A DNA stretch of 61,324 nucleotides, filler included, from Dirinaria sp. TL-2023a (lineage: Eukaryota), in NCBI GenBank assembly GCA_051941275.1. It is 3 parts of 3 records of this genome, joined end to end, with 100 filler letters (N's around TTAATTAATTAA, not from the genome) between each part and the next. Parts side by side here need not be neighbours in the genome. Positions count along the whole stretch, not along the records: positions 40,997 to 61,324 come from JAVEBF010000291.1; 2 more parts are not named here. The stretch is one strand, 5' to 3'. Below are positions 60,840-61,324 of the stretch, one piece after another; position 1 is the first letter of the stretch; each line of letters begins with the position of its first letter. The notes under the pieces were generated by a model, which was not told the origin of the DNA, did no database searches, and was given only the letters and a program-made list of their open reading frames with translations. The position numbers and the translations under genes were made by a program.

Positions 60840-61324
60840 TTTGCCGTGTCCATTTTATTTATTTATTTATTTTCTTTGGTGGTGGCAAAAGGATAGTAGA
60901 GTGAGGGGACAGTTCTTGTCTTCCATTCTCTCTTCTTCTACTTTCCTCCTCATTCTCAAATCATCTATGATCTTCCTTCATCAACCATGCTATATATAGC
61001 TTCCCAAAAAAAAAAAAAAATCAGAAGTATTCTCTGTATCATCACAGATCTCTCTCGATAACGCATATCTGATATCTTTTTAGTATCCACCCTTCCTTCA
61101 TGAGGTTTCGAAATTCAATCAATAGCACATATATGTTCATAGATTACCAAGTTAAGAGATCATTTTCTACGAGAAAGAAAACAGTTACTCGTACACAACA
61201 AATCTATTCTTATCTCTCATTTTATTGACTCACCCTCCGCAAAGAAAGAAAAAGGAAGAAGATGGAAGATTCTCTAATCGAGAGACCTCTCATCCCGCTA
61301 TCAATGTAGCACTCGTATATATTT
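60840..61324. other. AT-rich non-coding region, possibly a RIP-degraded repeat edge
   Basis: Drop in GC, (ATTT)n, a poly-A run at about 61006-61020, and no ORF. Confidence 0.4.

Overview
Eukaryotic DNA from a filamentous ascomycete (Pezizomycotina). Short 45-100 nt GT-AG introns with CTRAC/CTAAY branch sites split most genes, so many ORF-track entries are partial exons or shadow ORFs. A lichen-forming fungus is plausible but only inferred. The window joins three contigs through two 100-nt N gaps, each carrying an artificial TTAATTAATTAA spacer. Manually spliced genes in order: SAC3/GANP (-), DUF2841-like protein (-), YCF1-type ABCC transporter (-), UBA/UIM-type protein (-), white collar-2 (-) head-to-head with RAD50 (+), a ~1,500-aa secreted Ser/Thr/Leu/Pro repeat protein (+), GH5 exo-1,3-beta-glucanase (+), a TM/coiled-coil protein (-), gap-truncated mitochondrial ThrRS (+), an intronless CYP7-like P450 (-), SYG1 (-), CipC (-), a serine-less alpha/beta hydrolase (+), a small secreted Cys protein (+), a Gly/Ala/Lys-rich protein (-), a decayed MFS efflux pump pseudogene (-) and a Zn2Cys6 regulator (+). 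Most notable: a 2-nt RAD50 microexon splitting the start codon, the repeat protein with its graded repeat array, the MFS/Zn2Cys6 cluster relic, and recurring GGTA/TACC intergenic tracts. All family calls come from motif recognition; no searches were run.
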